The notes beneath the pieces are model-generated. The model saw only the letters and a list, made by a program, of their open reading frames with translations, had not been told where the DNA came from and did not search any database. Positions 48,040-61,913 of a stretch of DNA of 64,000 nt are shown here, one piece after another. The DNA is from Azolla caroliniana (lineage: Eukaryota; Plantae; Polypodiophyta), in the NCBI GenBank assembly GCA_043228905.1, contig JBHGNT010000008.1, forward strand, positions 9,920,001-9,984,000. Reading direction: 5' to 3'. Both the position numbers and the translations under genes were made by a program. Numbering within the stretch: position 1 is the first letter of the stretch; the number at the start of each line of letters is the position of its first letter.

Positions 48040-50005
48040 TAATCAGATTATAGATTTGGAGGTCGCATAATCATCCATGCATGATGCATGATGCTTGACC
48101 CAATGATCTAAGATGCTCAAAGCATCTCTCTCCTAATTCGATTTCTGCATAGATATTGCAAGCGATGAGGAGTACTGTCCACATTTGCTAAGATGGGATA
48201 TGTAGCAAACTTTCAAAGAGCTTTTCTGCCTGTTGCAAGAATGTCAACCAGCATGCCAAGTGTTCCTTGAGAAAGTTCTGGCCCTCCTCAATAACCAGAC
48301 TTGATTGACAACATACCGTAAGAAGACATGTAAATGTGATGCCATCTGACTTTACACTCATTTCTTGCATTTGCTCAAATAGGTGGATGGCCGTATCTCT
48401 CCATCATTACTGATGCCACATGCTTTCAGCATTGCATTCCTTGATGGTAAGACATCTTCACGTGGAAGCTTGTTGAAAGCCCCCCCCCCCCCCCCCCATG
48501 CTCCTTGGAGGGTCTCAATTCTTTGTGTATTTTTCTTCCCTCTTCTATGGCTCCCATTTGGCCAGAGGCTCTCAGAGTAGATATATAGGTAACTATGCCA
48601 AGAGAGGTACCTTGTATCTGCATCTCAGCATAGAGAGAGAGAGAGAGAGAGAGAGCCACATGAGTTTTATCAGGTAGTGTTAAGAAAACCACATCGGAAT
48701 TCTGGTAAGAAATTACATTTACAATACACATAGAACAATGTTATGCTAACAAAGGGATCTCGTTCCAACCCCTTTCTCAAAATCTCTTGGTGAACTTCTA
48801 AAGAAACATCCACATGCCTCTGGAACACAAACAATAAGCACAGCATCCAGGAAAAAACCTCTTAATTTCATGTGTTCAAAGCAATTTAGTGCCTCCATAC
48901 TCGGCTCCTGTTCAACGTAACCTGTAATCAAAGAGGTCCAAGTTTCCAACTCTTAACTTGACGTGCGTCAAATACTGCCTCCAAAACTGCACCTCGTTTA
49001 GCATAAAGGTTGACTAACATATTATTACCAACAAATGAATCTTGTTCGTAGCCTTGCATTACAACACGCAAATGGATCTCTCTTACATCATTTTCAATAT
49101 GCCCAACAATATTGCAAAATTCTAAAATGCATGTAAATGTTGTTGCATTAGATCAAATTTCTTGGAGCTTCATTCCCCCATGACATTCCATAGCTTGCTG
49201 GTTTGTTCCTGTTCAACATATCCAGCTATGAGAGCATTCCATACAACAATGTTTCTCAATGTCATCTTATCGAATACCTTTCGTGCTTCAGAAAGGCGAC
49301 CAAAGTTTGCATACAAATCCACCAATGCAGTGCCAATAAGGAGATCTTCGTTCAACCCTCCATGTATGACCTCTTTGTGCAATTTTTGTTGTTCTTTTAT
49401 AGCTCCAATACCGGCACACAACTTTAAACCACAAGTAAAAGTTGTGTTATCAGGTGTGACCTTCTTAACCTACATGTTTCTATAGCATTCAAGTAATTTG
49501 TTGCCTTGTCCATGGTCAGCATTTCTTGTGATAAGAGCATTCCAAGATACTACAGTTGAACCTGACAATTTATCCAGAACTTCGCATGTCTCAATGAATG
49601 AGAGGCATTTTGCATACATGTCAACTGAACTAGTACCAACATATAAATCTGCATCCAACCTCTATGTGTATCTCTCAACCTTTATCGCCCATTTTCAAGG
49701 TGCTACAACATTTCAGAATATAAGCATAGAGATGGGCAGTTGGAGTTAAATTATCATGTTTTATTGTTTCTATATGTTTCAGAGCTTCTTCACATCCACC
49801 ATGTTCAGCAAATCCGGATATCAAGGCAGTCCACGAAACTGCATCCCCTGCCTCTTAACTTCTTGAATACATCCCATGCATCTGAAAGTAGCCCACATTT
49901 GGCATGCATAATAACTATGGAACTACCTACAAACATATCATTCTCAAGCCTACAAATCACAATCTTATTATGTAATTCGCTTCCCATATCTATACCTTTC
50001 ATGAA
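48040..50005 (-). pseudogene. PLS-class pentatricopeptide repeat (PPR) pseudogene with E-domain remnant
   Basis: Fragments GSSIVIMHAKCGLLSDAWDVF, VDMYAKC...VSWNALI, GTALVDLYANFGRLSEARKVFDKM...VVWNALIAGY, WTSLITGY, DGITFTCLL, ELGERCFE. Many stops and frameshifts, plus poly-C and (GA)n insertions. Confidence 0.88.
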
Positions 50006-50736
50006 TTGAAAAGCTACATCTTCATGTTACATTTGATGAAAACGACCTCATCTAAATGTATTTTGAAAATCATACCATGTTGCACATGCTCCTTCATTAA
50101 GGAATAGTTATGTTCTTTCTTCTTTGCTACCTTTTCATCTTGTCGTTTACTTGATACTAATATCCTAGCAGTGCCATCCAGTGGTCATCTTCATATCTCT
50201 GAGATTTTTTATCAAGTGTGTTAAATTTGTTTTATTCAATTGGTGCCATCAATAAGTTAAGTTATTCTTGAAAAGGAAATTAATTATCTGTGTACCATAC
50301 ATGAGTTACTAAAATATATATATAATATTTGCACAGTTCTTCCATGCATGCAAATGCCGAACTGGGGTCTGTATACATCCCTCTTTAATTTGTATAATAG
50401 TCCAACAAAGCCTTCAGACTATCAACTAACTTTCTTTCAAAGAAAAGCCATATAGGAATGGCTTACCAATACATAGATACAATATTACATTTGTGTGTAT
50501 TATATATCTACACACTATACAAGAGTTTGTACTAAATATATATTATATAGATTTAGATACATGTTATTAAGTCATGCTATAAGTACCAAACATGGTACAC
50601 CCCTATTCAACTAGTACAACGTTCCTAGACAAGTCTTAAACTACCATTCAATTTAGCTTGATAGTAAATCTACTGAACAAAAACAATTACTCTTATCCCA
50701 TTTTCAACCCTCCAAACATGTTAAGAGAAACCACCA

Positions 50737-51160
50737 TTAGGAGAGCTTGCACGTAGATTGAAGGGGGTCACACCCTTGATAAACCTCAAGGCCACTTTTC
50801 CCCAATTGCTCAGCCGGAAAACATGCACAACGCTTCTCTTTCTTTCCAGTCAAAGGTAGTTCTCCAACCTTTTCGACTAATCTTGGATAACCCAAATCAC
50901 ACCATACCTATATTGTAGAAAGATATAACTGCCAATTTCTATGCATAAACAATGATATAATAATGTATTGAAATTGTGTCCTCACCTCACCCCCATGTTG
51001 TTGGCTCCACCTTGAATTACAAATGGGATATTTTTTCTCTTCTGCCTCTTGTTGTTTGAGCAACTTCTCTCCAAGCTTTGCCTTTGCTTCAACTTTCCTC
51101 AATGCCTTGGTTTCATTACCATTGCTATCATAATATGTGCCCACCAATTTCCCCCTATAA
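50737..51160 (-). CDS. MAPR4: Last two exons of membrane-associated progesterone-binding protein 4 / cytochrome b5-domain (neuferricin-like) gene
   Basis: Exons 51160-50986 and 50907-50737 (GT-AG) give YRGKLVGTYYDSNGNET...CNSRWSQQHGGE|VWCDLGYPRLV...KRCACF...LEVYQGCDP...CKLS*. The upstream exons were not found in the window. Confidence 0.88.
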
Positions 51161-51937
51161 CTGTTGTACATATTACACAATATATGAAACAAAAAAATAA
51201 CATCATGGAAGGGAAAACAAATGTCACTAGATCAAATTAAATAATATGAAGATACCAATTACTAGTGCATCATGGATCATTCCAAGTAATGCCATCTAAA
51301 TTAATGCATGAGGAGAATACAGTCTTTTATATGAAGAGGTACAGTGTTTCACTAGTGTATTATATTGACATCCTCTGGGCCAAAGGTTTGAGTCTGGGAT
51401 GCTACTAACTGGTTAATGACTCACAAATATCCTTCTTATTTGTAATGTTTTTATCTGTGTCCAGTCTACAATTCGAGCCATGCTGCTATCCGTCCATGAC
51501 TTTCAAATTTCCTTTCCAGCATTGCCTTGATGATTCTGTACTAACATTTTCAACCATTGGGGGTCATTGGAAGTGAAGCTGTAAAGATACTTCTTTAGGA
51601 GCCAATTGTTAAGGTGCACAATCTCAAACAGAAAACCTGATACATATTTATGATAAATGTGTTATCTAGCCCATTATTCCCCATGTTTATATATTTATTG
51701 AGAAGTTCAATCAAGCAGCATACAGCTAGATGGGTCATTAACAGCCTCTTATCATTAGGTTGGTACAATGATAAAGAAGTGAGCCTTATGCATTCATAAG
51801 ATGTGAAATGATCCCATAAGGGACATATCCACTTGATCTTCCCAAGCCCCAAGCTATGAAATTTCCAGAGGTTGGTTCTATACAATCAACATGTCTTAAA
51901 TACTTGCCATACATATTACTTCAAAACACTACTGCAC

Positions 51938-54144
51938 TGTCGAAAATGCAGGGATCTTAGACTAACTCTCACACAGCAAGATCACTTACAAGACTTACGG
52001 AAATATCAGTAGATTAGGGAAAACGAGCAGTGATTACAAAGATTCAGAATGGTTTATATAACCAGTTTCTACAGGTAGGTGGAAACCCAACAGTCACTTT
52101 ATTAGGTTCACAATATTATAACTATATTCACACCTAACAACTACTTAACTAGGTTCATACTATTCTAAGTATGTTCACACCGAACAGTTACTTAACTAGG
52201 TTCACACTATTATAACAATGTTCACACTAAAGCTTTCATAGGATACACATTAAGTGTAACAAACACCCCTGAAGTGAATGGTTTGGACTTGAATGTGGTC
52301 ACTATCCAGGTGTTGGAAGAATGCCCAATTCCTTGTGATAATATTCAGACTTTTCTCTTGATAGAGCCTTGGTGAAAATATCTGCACCGCTATCAAAATA
52401 CCAAGCATCCGTAGAGTCACTTACCGATAAACATACGCCATCCTTTGAGGGATCATACATTGTATGTATCGAGAATGCCCACTCATGTTGAGCAATGTGT
52501 GCTTCTACCTTCGTACCAGTAGAGGTGGTAACATTAAGACTAGACTGTTTTTTCTTCTCTTCACTAGGTTTCCTTTTTCGACATTCGCTAATGTCATGGC
52601 TTGACAATAATTGCACCTTATCTTCTTCTTCTCATCACGGAAAGTCGAGGCATCATTGCCTTTAGAAGGAAGGTTATTTTGTTTTCGTCCTTGCTGGCCT
52701 TTGAACTTGGAAGAGGTAACAAAAGCTTGATCACCACTATTAAGAACATCCCGATTTGCTCGAGATTGAGATTCGTGTAAGAGAAGGGAGATTAGCTCAT
52801 CAAAGTTAAAGCTCTCTTGTAAGAAGCCTTATTGTTGTGGCGTAGCCTTGATATGAATCCAGAAGCGAGACAAGAACTTTAGAAACTAGTTGCTTGTCTG
52901 ATATCACTTCATCAATTTTGAGTAGTTGTTCCTTCAAGTCCTTGATTTTTGTTAAGAATGCATCCATGGATTCACCTCCTTGCATCCTTGTTTCTTCAAG
53001 TTGCCACTTACGCATAGCGACTCTTGCTTCATTCCTTTGAGCATACAAGTTCTTTAACACATCCCAAGCACTTTTTGAGGTCGTGCAAGATCGGATATGT
53101 GGAACAATGTGACGTTTGATCAATATTGCGATGAGAGCATGGGCTTGAGCGTCCTTACCATCCCACTTAAGTTGTGAAGAAGTGGATTGTTGAGTGGAGC
53201 TTGAAGCATTGTTTGCATCAGTTGTTCCTGAAGGGGAGGGAGAGTTTAGAGAAGAACTTGAAGTTGGACGTTCATTGGACCCGATGACAATGTCCCATAG
53301 CTGCTTTGCTACCAGTACATGTCTCATCATGTACGCCCACATAGGATAGTTAGTACCATCCATCTTGTCTTCAGCATTAAGCATACCAAAAATATTAGCT
53401 TGCTTAGCAATTGCAGAAGCAAGAAATATGGATGAGATATTGTAGTACTTGGTGGTAATATTCACCAAAAATGTACTAAAGCAATATAATATTGAAGAAA
53501 TAGATGAGAGATAAGAGTTACTTTGTTGTGCAGTCAGGGTTTGATACTACTACAAAACTTGTTTCGACTATAGACCTCCAAAACCAAAATTCTGATTTGG
53601 GCGTGCAAGTAGCCAGAAGAATCACCTTGTAATCTACTTTTTGAAAATGTGAAAATAAGGAAAGATCGCCTTTGCTGCAGTTTTCTGTTGTTCGAACTTT
53701 CGTTGCTGTAGATGGAGAGGTTTGATGTCTTAGGTGCGAAGAGATAAACTGACAGATCTGTGTATGCCTATTTGGAAGGATAGGATAGAGAAAGAAACTT
53801 AAACTTGCTCTGATACCATATGTAGAAAATGCAGGGATCTTAGACTAACTCTCACACAGCAAGATCACTTACAAGACTTACGGAAATATCAGTAGATTAG
53901 GGAAAACGAGCATTGATTACAAAGATGTAAAATAGTTTATATAACTAGTTTCTACAGGTAGGTGGAAACCCAACGGTTACTTTATTAGGTTCACACTATT
54001 ATAACTATATTCACACCTAACAACTACTTAACTAGGTTCATACTATTCTAAGTATGTTCACACCGAACAATTACTTAACTAGGTTCACACTATTATAACA
54101 ATGTTCACACCAAAGCTTTCATAGAATACACATTAAGTGTAACA
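51938..54144 (-). mobile_element. Internally deleted (gag-only) Copia element in the MAPR4 intron
   Basis: LTRs 51938-52261 and 53821-54144 (324 bp). Met PBS 53807-53818, PPT after 52261. TSD TGCAC/TGCGT. Gag 52806-53468. The protease start AWYFDSGA is fused directly to the RNase H end DIFTKAL. Confidence 0.9.
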
Positions 54145-54370
54145 TGCGTTGTTGTCCTTAACTCACTTTCGTTGTGAAAGTTAATGTAAATAGATTGATT
54201 CAAAACCTTACTCAATAAGTCAGGTATAACTCTCTTTTCTAGTATATAAACCATGCATGGTAATCCACTTCACTGGTTTAGTAACACATCACTTTGCTGG
54301 GAGGCCACTATACAACCTTCAGTTCCATGTATGATCGTTCACTATAAGACAACTATAGAACTTGGATTAA

Positions 54371-55184
54371 GAAAGATATATTAATGTCTTTTAAGAAGCC
54401 AAAATGGCCTACATAACCATAACAAGAGATTACATCTTAAAATATTGTTTTGTCTTTGGGAAGAACAAACGAAAATAAAAGTAACTAAATAAAATAAAAG
54501 ATCTCTAGCATAGGTCAATCTATAATGGAGAGATCTCCAATACGAGTGTAGTACCCACAATGGCAGGAGATAATGGCCTTTGTGTCAATGGCAAGGGTAG
54601 TGAGATCGTTGTCCACGAGGCCAAGGCCTACGTGCACGACAAATTGCTATCACCCAACCTATTATCACCTCTTTTGAAATGTTTTGGTCATGAGCTCACT
54701 TCTGTAGCCCTTGATTGCCTTGTAGGCCAAGTAAGGATGATGGGGCTAAGGAAAGTGCGATTGTTTGTTGTTGATGAGCTTGAGTGGCTGTATTGTTTTC
54801 CTTCAACAACTTATCCCTGTGTCTAGAGTTCTAGCAATCCCAAGCACCATTGATCCTCATATTCCATAACCTTGTAGTGGACCAAGCGTCGGTTAGAGAA
54901 GCAATAGTATAGAACACAATTAGTAGCTTCTTTCTTCCAAAGGTGTGTTGCACATCTACCTACCTCAATGTCTACAATAAATTGCCCTATCACAGTGCAT
55001 TTCACCGCATATGTGCAACACAACACATGCCATAGATGTATGTCCATATAAGAGGGCCTGATGATGAATCAATTTTTCGATATGTGAAAGCTTCTTATAG
55101 TGGACCATCTTCCTACTAGGAGATGATGTGCAACTGATCCATGTTTTTCCATTATCCAATTTACTTATATCAATTCAGATCACT
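54371..55184 (-). mobile_element. RTE LINE 3' fragment (continues at about 57523-57900 beyond the nested insertion)
   Basis: 3' end GAAAGATATATTAA...GCCAAAATGGCCTA and colinear similarity to 61914-62910. Confidence 0.8.
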
Positions 55185-57522
55185 ATGAACATAGTGGTCC
55201 CCATACATAAAGGGGGGGGACCCCAATGAACCCAAATACATATAGGACCATTATGATAGGTCATACACTTGCTAAATTATATGGTGCAGTAATGGAAGCA
55301 GAGCTTAGCGATTATATGGAGACCCTAAATCTTCGTGCACTTGAACAGGCTGGCTTTAGACGAGCCTTTTCCACTATTGATCATATCTTCACACTTAGAT
55401 GCTTAATTGACCAAACTAAGGCTCGCAAGAAGAAATTATATTGCTGTTTTTTGGACTTCCGCAAAGCCTTTGACACAGTCCCTAGAGAGCGATTGTTTAA
55501 TATGCTTAAAAGCTTGAGGATACCAGATGATATGGTCTGGGCCATCTACACACTATATGAACAGGTGTCTGGGTGTATCCGATGCCCAGGTGGACTATCT
55601 AATTGTTTCACTAGCACTATTGGTGTAAAACAAGGTTGCCCTCTTATCACCGACACTTTTTGGGATCTACATTGATGAGATCACAGATTTTATTGCTCGT
55701 AAGGGAGGCAACGGAGTAGTCATTGGGGATACGCAGGTTCGTATCTTGCTCTATGCAAATGACATAGTTTTGCTCTCTGAATCCGAACACGACCTACAAA
55801 GGCAACTTAATGCCTTAGATGACTTTTGTGCACAACGAGGATTGGTAGTGAATCTAGGGTAAACTAAAGTCCTCATCTTCCACACATCGGCCCAAGTTAG
55901 AGCTAAGTGTCACCTAACTATCTCCCATAGCCTAGTTGAGGTGGTTGGATCATATGTCTATCTCGGAGTCACTTTCAGTGCCCGCTCAGGTAAATTTTCG
56001 ATGACACAGGTAGCGAAGGATAGACTTATGAGAGGATGTGCATCCCTCTCACTACTTGAGAGACAATGCCACCAAGCATACTTTCAAGAGCCACGGACTA
56101 AAGGGTGGCAATTTGACTCATTAGTGACCCGTTCCCTCATGTATGCATCAACGGTTTGGGCTCCAGGATTACCATCTTTCATGTGGACGCAATTAGAGAG
56201 ACCATTGGTGATGATGTTATCATGCCAACTCCGAAGCAAATCGACAATACCACATGACATTATTAGGGCTGAGTTCACATTACCCCCAATGTTAGTAGAG
56301 GCACTTTTCCAACTTGTAGTCTTTATTCACAAGATACATAGCCAACCACATGATAGAATATCTCATCAAGCCTTTAAGGCCTCTCGATCACTGTATGAGT
56401 CCGGCTATACTAGCTCATGGTATGGCATGATGGTGAGTTGGCTTCTTGCGAATGGTCTAGAGATTAATAACCTACCTCCCCTGAGGTACAACCACACGAT
56501 TGATAACATTTTAATCTCTCATGAGGACCGCAATAAAGTAATACGCCAAGAAATATAGCAAATTTACTCTCGGTATAAATGGATCACCCCATTAGAGCCA
56601 CTCCCATCTAAAATGTTGTACTATAAGGAACACTTCATGCACCTCTCTAAGTTAGGTTTTATCACGCGGCCAAAATATCTAGATGTATTCTTACCACATG
56701 CACTAAGGGTTGCCATTGGACAACTTAGATTATCATCTCACCAACTTGAGATTGAGAATGATCGTACTAATGGAGTCCCGAGGGAGGAAAGGATATGTAG
56801 GTTATGCCACATAGAGATAGAGGATGAGTATCACTTTACATACAAGTGTCCAACCTACGTCGTGATAAAGGCAAAATACCAAGACATACTTGGTTCCTCT
56901 CCCACCCTCCCCAACCTATTAGATACTCTAGATATAAAGAAATTAGGCAAATACATTTTAGAGTTAAAACAACACAGAGAGAATACGTTACAAAATGTTG
57001 ACAATAATGTTGCTAATGTTCACCAACATGTAACAAATGAAGTTTTTCAAGAACAGGGGGAGACAACAAATGTCAACACACCTACACCACTCGGCCTTTC
57101 CCTTGATGAGGCAGAAAACCAAAGAAGAACTAGACGTCCTCGGGTGCCAGGTTTCAAAGCAACTCGACATGGTGTAGAAGCAATAATGAAAATAAGGGAA
57201 CGTGAGCTACACAGCCTAAAAGCTATGGCTAGTGCACTCTCTACATTGGGACCACGGGTCACACCCACACCAAAACCCTTTGACCTCCCACTTCTTTTCG
57301 AGAGGCTTGGGTGGAAATAAAATTAGGCTTAGTGTAAAGTCACTTCCTTTATCGAGTATACCACGTTTTTGTACACTACTAGAACTCTTTTAGCTTAAGT
57401 TCTATTTTTACTTTATTTTATTTTAGTTATGATGATTGGATAAATACTCATTTTGTTGTAAACCAATTGTCTCATGGGCCAATTTTGGCCTTAGAAGACG
57501 TTAATATATCTTTCTTTCTTTC
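55185..57522 (+). mobile_element. 5'-truncated RTE-clade LINE (RT + C-terminal Cys/His motif + (TTTC)n tail) nested in another RTE
   Basis: PIHKGG, EQAGFRR..STIDHIFTL, FLDFRKAFDTV, GVKQGCPL, LLYANDIV, YVYLG, ERICRLC..EDEYHF..C. Tail at 57511-57522. Confidence 0.92.
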
Positions 57523-58640
57523 TCTCTATTCTTTTTCACTTTGGTCATGTTTAGATGGAGACAATCCAAGCTCTGCTGGAATGGGAATAGTGCCTCACTA
57601 ACCAAAATAATGCCTCGCTGATTACTGGGGCTGCTCCCATATCAGCCTGAATTATATCATGGAGCATGATGCTTTGCTCCTTCCAATTGGGGACAGTTCT
57701 CAGACTGAAGGTCTCTCCCAATCTTTCCAGTTGTTTGCCTGGTAAAGACTTGGTTCCCAAGTTTCTACTTTGTAAGAAAGAGTGGGTGCCACAAGTGTAT
57801 GAAACAGCCATAAGTTAGTTTGTTGCTCTTGGAACTGTGTATGTGCAAAATGTTTTTCATGCACATCAAAAGCTATATATCCATGAGAAAATCAAGCACA
57901 AGTAGCCTCCTGAAAGGAGAACCGTGGCCTTGTACATATTACTCCAAACCAAGCATAGGATCGTGTATGCCAACTTTTCAGCATGTCTCTTGAGTTTTAG
58001 CAGCCTCCTGAAAAGAGAACCGCGGTCTTTGTGGAGAGCTTGTGTGATTGTACTATTGTCCTTCCAACAACTTTTCCCTACGTTTCTTGAGTTTTAGGAT
58101 GAAAAGTCCTAGGAACCTGTTGGTCCTCATATTCTATTACCTTGCCTAGTGGGCCAAAGCCTTGTTTAAAGAGTCAATGGGATCTCCCTCTGATTTCATA
58201 AAAGACACTACAGTGACAAACATAGTGTTCTTCAAATTTCACTCCTTGATAACACAATTGGCAAATCTTTTCTTCTAGAGATATTAGTGTATATCTCCCT
58301 ACCTCAATCTCTACCTGATGTGATGAAGTTCACAACTTCCCTATCACACTATGCAACGCATAGGATAGATGTATGTCCATAGAAGGTGGCCTGATGATAA
58401 ATCCATCCTCTGATGTGTATAAAAAGTGTGTCTTGTAGTGGGCCATCTTCGTACCAAGTGATATTTTGGTGCTGATCCATGTTACCTTATTTTCGAAGTT
58501 AATAATATCAGTTCAGATCACTCTATTCCTTTCCACTATGGTCATATTTAGATGGGGACAATCCAAGCCTATACTAGAATAGGGGTAGTGCATTTATACT
58601 TATGCCATGTGACTCGAATCAATGCATTCACCATACCAGA
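57523..58640 (-). mobile_element. Degenerate RTE LINE fragments
   Basis: 57523-57900 resembles 62905-63400 (HDIIQADMGAAP). 58050-58640 resembles 62440-63030. Confidence 0.75.
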
Positions 58641-59539
58641 GAGAGTCAAAGAGAGAGAGAGAGAGAGAGAATAGAAGAGATGTTTTATCGTCTATGATGA
58701 GGCCAATTTTGAACCATGGGACCAAATCAACATATCATCTTAGATGTGGTTTACTATATAGTAAAAGCTCTCTCATGTGAAAACAATGCACACATATGTG
58801 CTCACCCTTCTTGGTGGACATTTGAGTGTCCTAGACCAATGGGATTTCTAACGGACCAATCCTAGTACAAGGTGGTAGCGATTCCCATAGAGATTAATAA
58901 AAATACTTACATTGTCGTGCTCATCCAACAAGTCATCATATTTCTTATGAATGTTCTTATGCATTGAGCATGTGATAAGTGATATTCATCCTCCACTAGG
59001 TTTTCATTGCATATCTTTATATTACGGTGATGATGTCATGATGCTACCTCAACACCTAGCTTGTGTGAGCGAGTTTGAAGTGTTAAGGCCTCTTAGAGCC
59101 AAGGCTCATGGGGGTATTTTGATAGATACGTTCTAGGATAGATAGAGAGAGACTGATTTATTATCACCTTGGAGGTCAATATGACCTATGAGACCAAAAA
59201 AATAATATTTTCATGTGATACATGTGAATAAGTACCGATTCTCAATGTTCAAGAACTTACTAACGAATGTCACAATGAAGAGTGCACACTATGACTCAAA
59301 GAAATTCATGCAAGGATTGAGTTTGGTCAAAGATGTGTAGAAAACATAGACTCCTGAACTTGTAATGCAAAGTGTACATAGTTGACTACTCTCATCACTT
59401 TAGCATGGAACAAAGTGGGTTCCAAGCGAAGTATAATGTGTAAACCATGAGCCTCCACATTTTTCTCATGTCATGATACATTGGCATTGCAAAAAAGCAT
59501 CATTCCCATATGAATCTATCAATGCATCATGAAGCAAAT

Positions 59540-60740
59540 GTGTTACATCCCATCTTCCAAAGCATTTTTCCAATAATATTGAATCTCACCGGAACACAAT
59601 ATTTTGTTTTTATGTAGCTTTGGATCTTTTTGCTTGCTCCCATGCAATTTTATGACGTCAATGTGAGGGATTTTTTGAACCTTAAGCATGGATTTGACAA
59701 ACCTTTCCATGGCAATGATGTCAATTAAAGGTGATCTTGTCTCTAGAAGTAGGAGGGTGTATGGCGTAAGTTTCTTGACTTCGGAGAAACTTTGTAAGGA
59801 AATACTTTTGGACATTTAACAGTATTTCTTTAGGACAACCTTTCCATGCTTGAGAATCCTTGCTTAACACCAATAGGGCTATTTAATAAATCTAAAATTC
59901 CATTGTCCATATGTTGGGTAAAGGCCCTAAATGACCCCTCATACTGTGTAAATGTGTATAGGCCTAATTATAACGGCCAAAAGTCACTAATCACTTTTTC
60001 GTTATTTTTTGGGCCAAGTTCAGTGTGAACTTGGCCAACCCTAAATGGGTCATATAAAACATAAGTTAAAAACTTTTGGATCTCACTTCAAAGGTGAGCT
60101 CCTCCAACTACTACTCTCTCTCTATCTTTTCTACCATAGCTCCATTGTTGCATCTAAAGAGCCTATACTAGGGTGAATCCCAAGTATTCCTCAATCCTAT
60201 GGACATCGTTCCTAACCCTTACACCATATGCACACAACATATAGCCTTCTCATAAATTGGAGAAATTGTAAGCATATATTCACTTGGCACCCCGAGTTCT
60301 TCCATGCACCTCCAAAGATGCTCATGAGGTACCATATCAAAAACTTTCTTAAAGTCTACGAAGCAACAATATAAACCCTTACCTCTCAAGCGAGTTTCTT
60401 CCATTAATACTCAAAAGGTGACAAAGTGATCAATGGTACTATGGTGTTTTTGAAAACTAGCTTATCCATAAGCTCTCTTACCATCTTTTTCAACCCATAC
60501 ACTTATCTTTGATTCCATTATATCCAAACAGTTTTGCCATTAGTGAGCAGATCATAATGGTTCAATAAATGTTTACATTATTTACATCTCCACCTTTATG
60601 TAAAGGTTTGATCCAATTCATAGTCCAATCATAGGGCATGCAACTCATCTATGAATGTGCTTCCTTTACCATCCATTTGAGCATTTCAACCTTTATATAC
60701 TGAAGAAGATCTCTATCCTTTTGAGAGGTCAATTTCTTAA
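59540..60740 (-). mobile_element. Degenerate RTE-like RT fragments (a different subfamily)
   Basis: LYCCFVDFKKVFDMVPHEHLW (60219-60404) and LLLETRSPLID (59543-59815). Confidence 0.65.
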
Positions 60741-61304
60741 GCCCGATACCGCATCCAAGTACTAACGGACCATGAGAACTTGGTCTACTTCACAACCACC
60801 CGCACTCTAAACCGACAATGGATTCAACAATCCAACTTTTTGGCCAACTTTGACTTTGAGATATCTTATTGACCCAGCTCCCAGCATGGAAAAGACGATG
60901 CCCTCTCTCTACATGTGGAGATTGTGATTCAGCTCTGGGACAAAGCTTACGACCAACAAACTGAATGCCTATTGAAACCTGATCAAGTCAAGGTTTTTAC
61001 AACCTACATGCTCCCTATAGTCGATTCATTCTTCAGTGACACCTGCACAGCCACAAGCATTGATTTAACATTAAGGAAGATAGGGCCCATCAAACCTTCA
61101 CCTTCATTGCTTCATATTTAGGTCGACATTGTTGGTCTTCTTCAAGGACGGAGATTTGACATTACAGAGCATTAATTATTGTGTCTGAGTTTATCGAGTC
61201 ACGAAGTGGTGTCCCAAGGTTTGTCAAACATCCATTCATCTTCTTGAGGTTGTCATGGATGGTCAATGAGGGAGAAAGATATGGTCGCTTATGAATAAAT
61301 AAAA

Positions 61305-61640
61305 ATGAAAGATATGTTAATGTGTTTTAAGAGGCCAAAATGGCCTATAGAATCAAACAAGAGATTACATCTTCAAACATTGTCTTGTCTGTGACAACAA
61401 ACAAAAAAAATGCAACTAAGCAAATAAAGTAAATAAAATAAAAGCCACTAAAGAATCTCATTATCTACACATGTTAGCTTCTCAAGTAAGATAGGTTGTA
61501 ATGTTCGTCTTTAAAAGATCTCTTGCATAGTCAATCCAGAATACAAAGATAATGGCCTTTATCTATCAATGATAAGGGTGGCATGATCGTGGTTCACGAG
61601 GCCAAGGTCTACACGCATGACAAATTGCTATTGCTCGATC
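61305..61640 (-). mobile_element. RTE LINE 3' UTR fragment
   Basis: GAAAGATATGTTAA...GAGGCCAAAATGGCCTATAG...AAGAGATTACATC matches the other RTE termini. Confidence 0.75.
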
Positions 61641-61644
61641 TAAA

Positions 61645-61910
61645 ATGAAACCCTAAAATACTAACATGCATTCAAAGTTTTAAAATGCAAGGAAAGAAAT
61701 GTTTATAACAAAACAAGAAAGAAACCCTAAAAATGAAAGGTTAATGAAATTCTAAAAATCCTAAAATACAATAAGAGGAAAACTTGAAATGCTACAAGAA
61801 ACCCTAAATACAAAACAAGCCTAAAATGTCGCAAGATACCCTAAAATGCAATAAGAGGAAACTCTAAAACATAAAATTTCCAAAACATTGCAAGAAACCA
61901 TAAAACGAGA
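61645..61910. repeat. A-rich array of degenerate AAACCCTAAA (telomere/telo-box-like) motifs
   Basis: GAAACCCTAAA at about 61647, 61721 and 61798, with variants at 61757, 61835, 61858 and 61894. Confidence 0.65.
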
Positions 61911-61913
61911 GAG

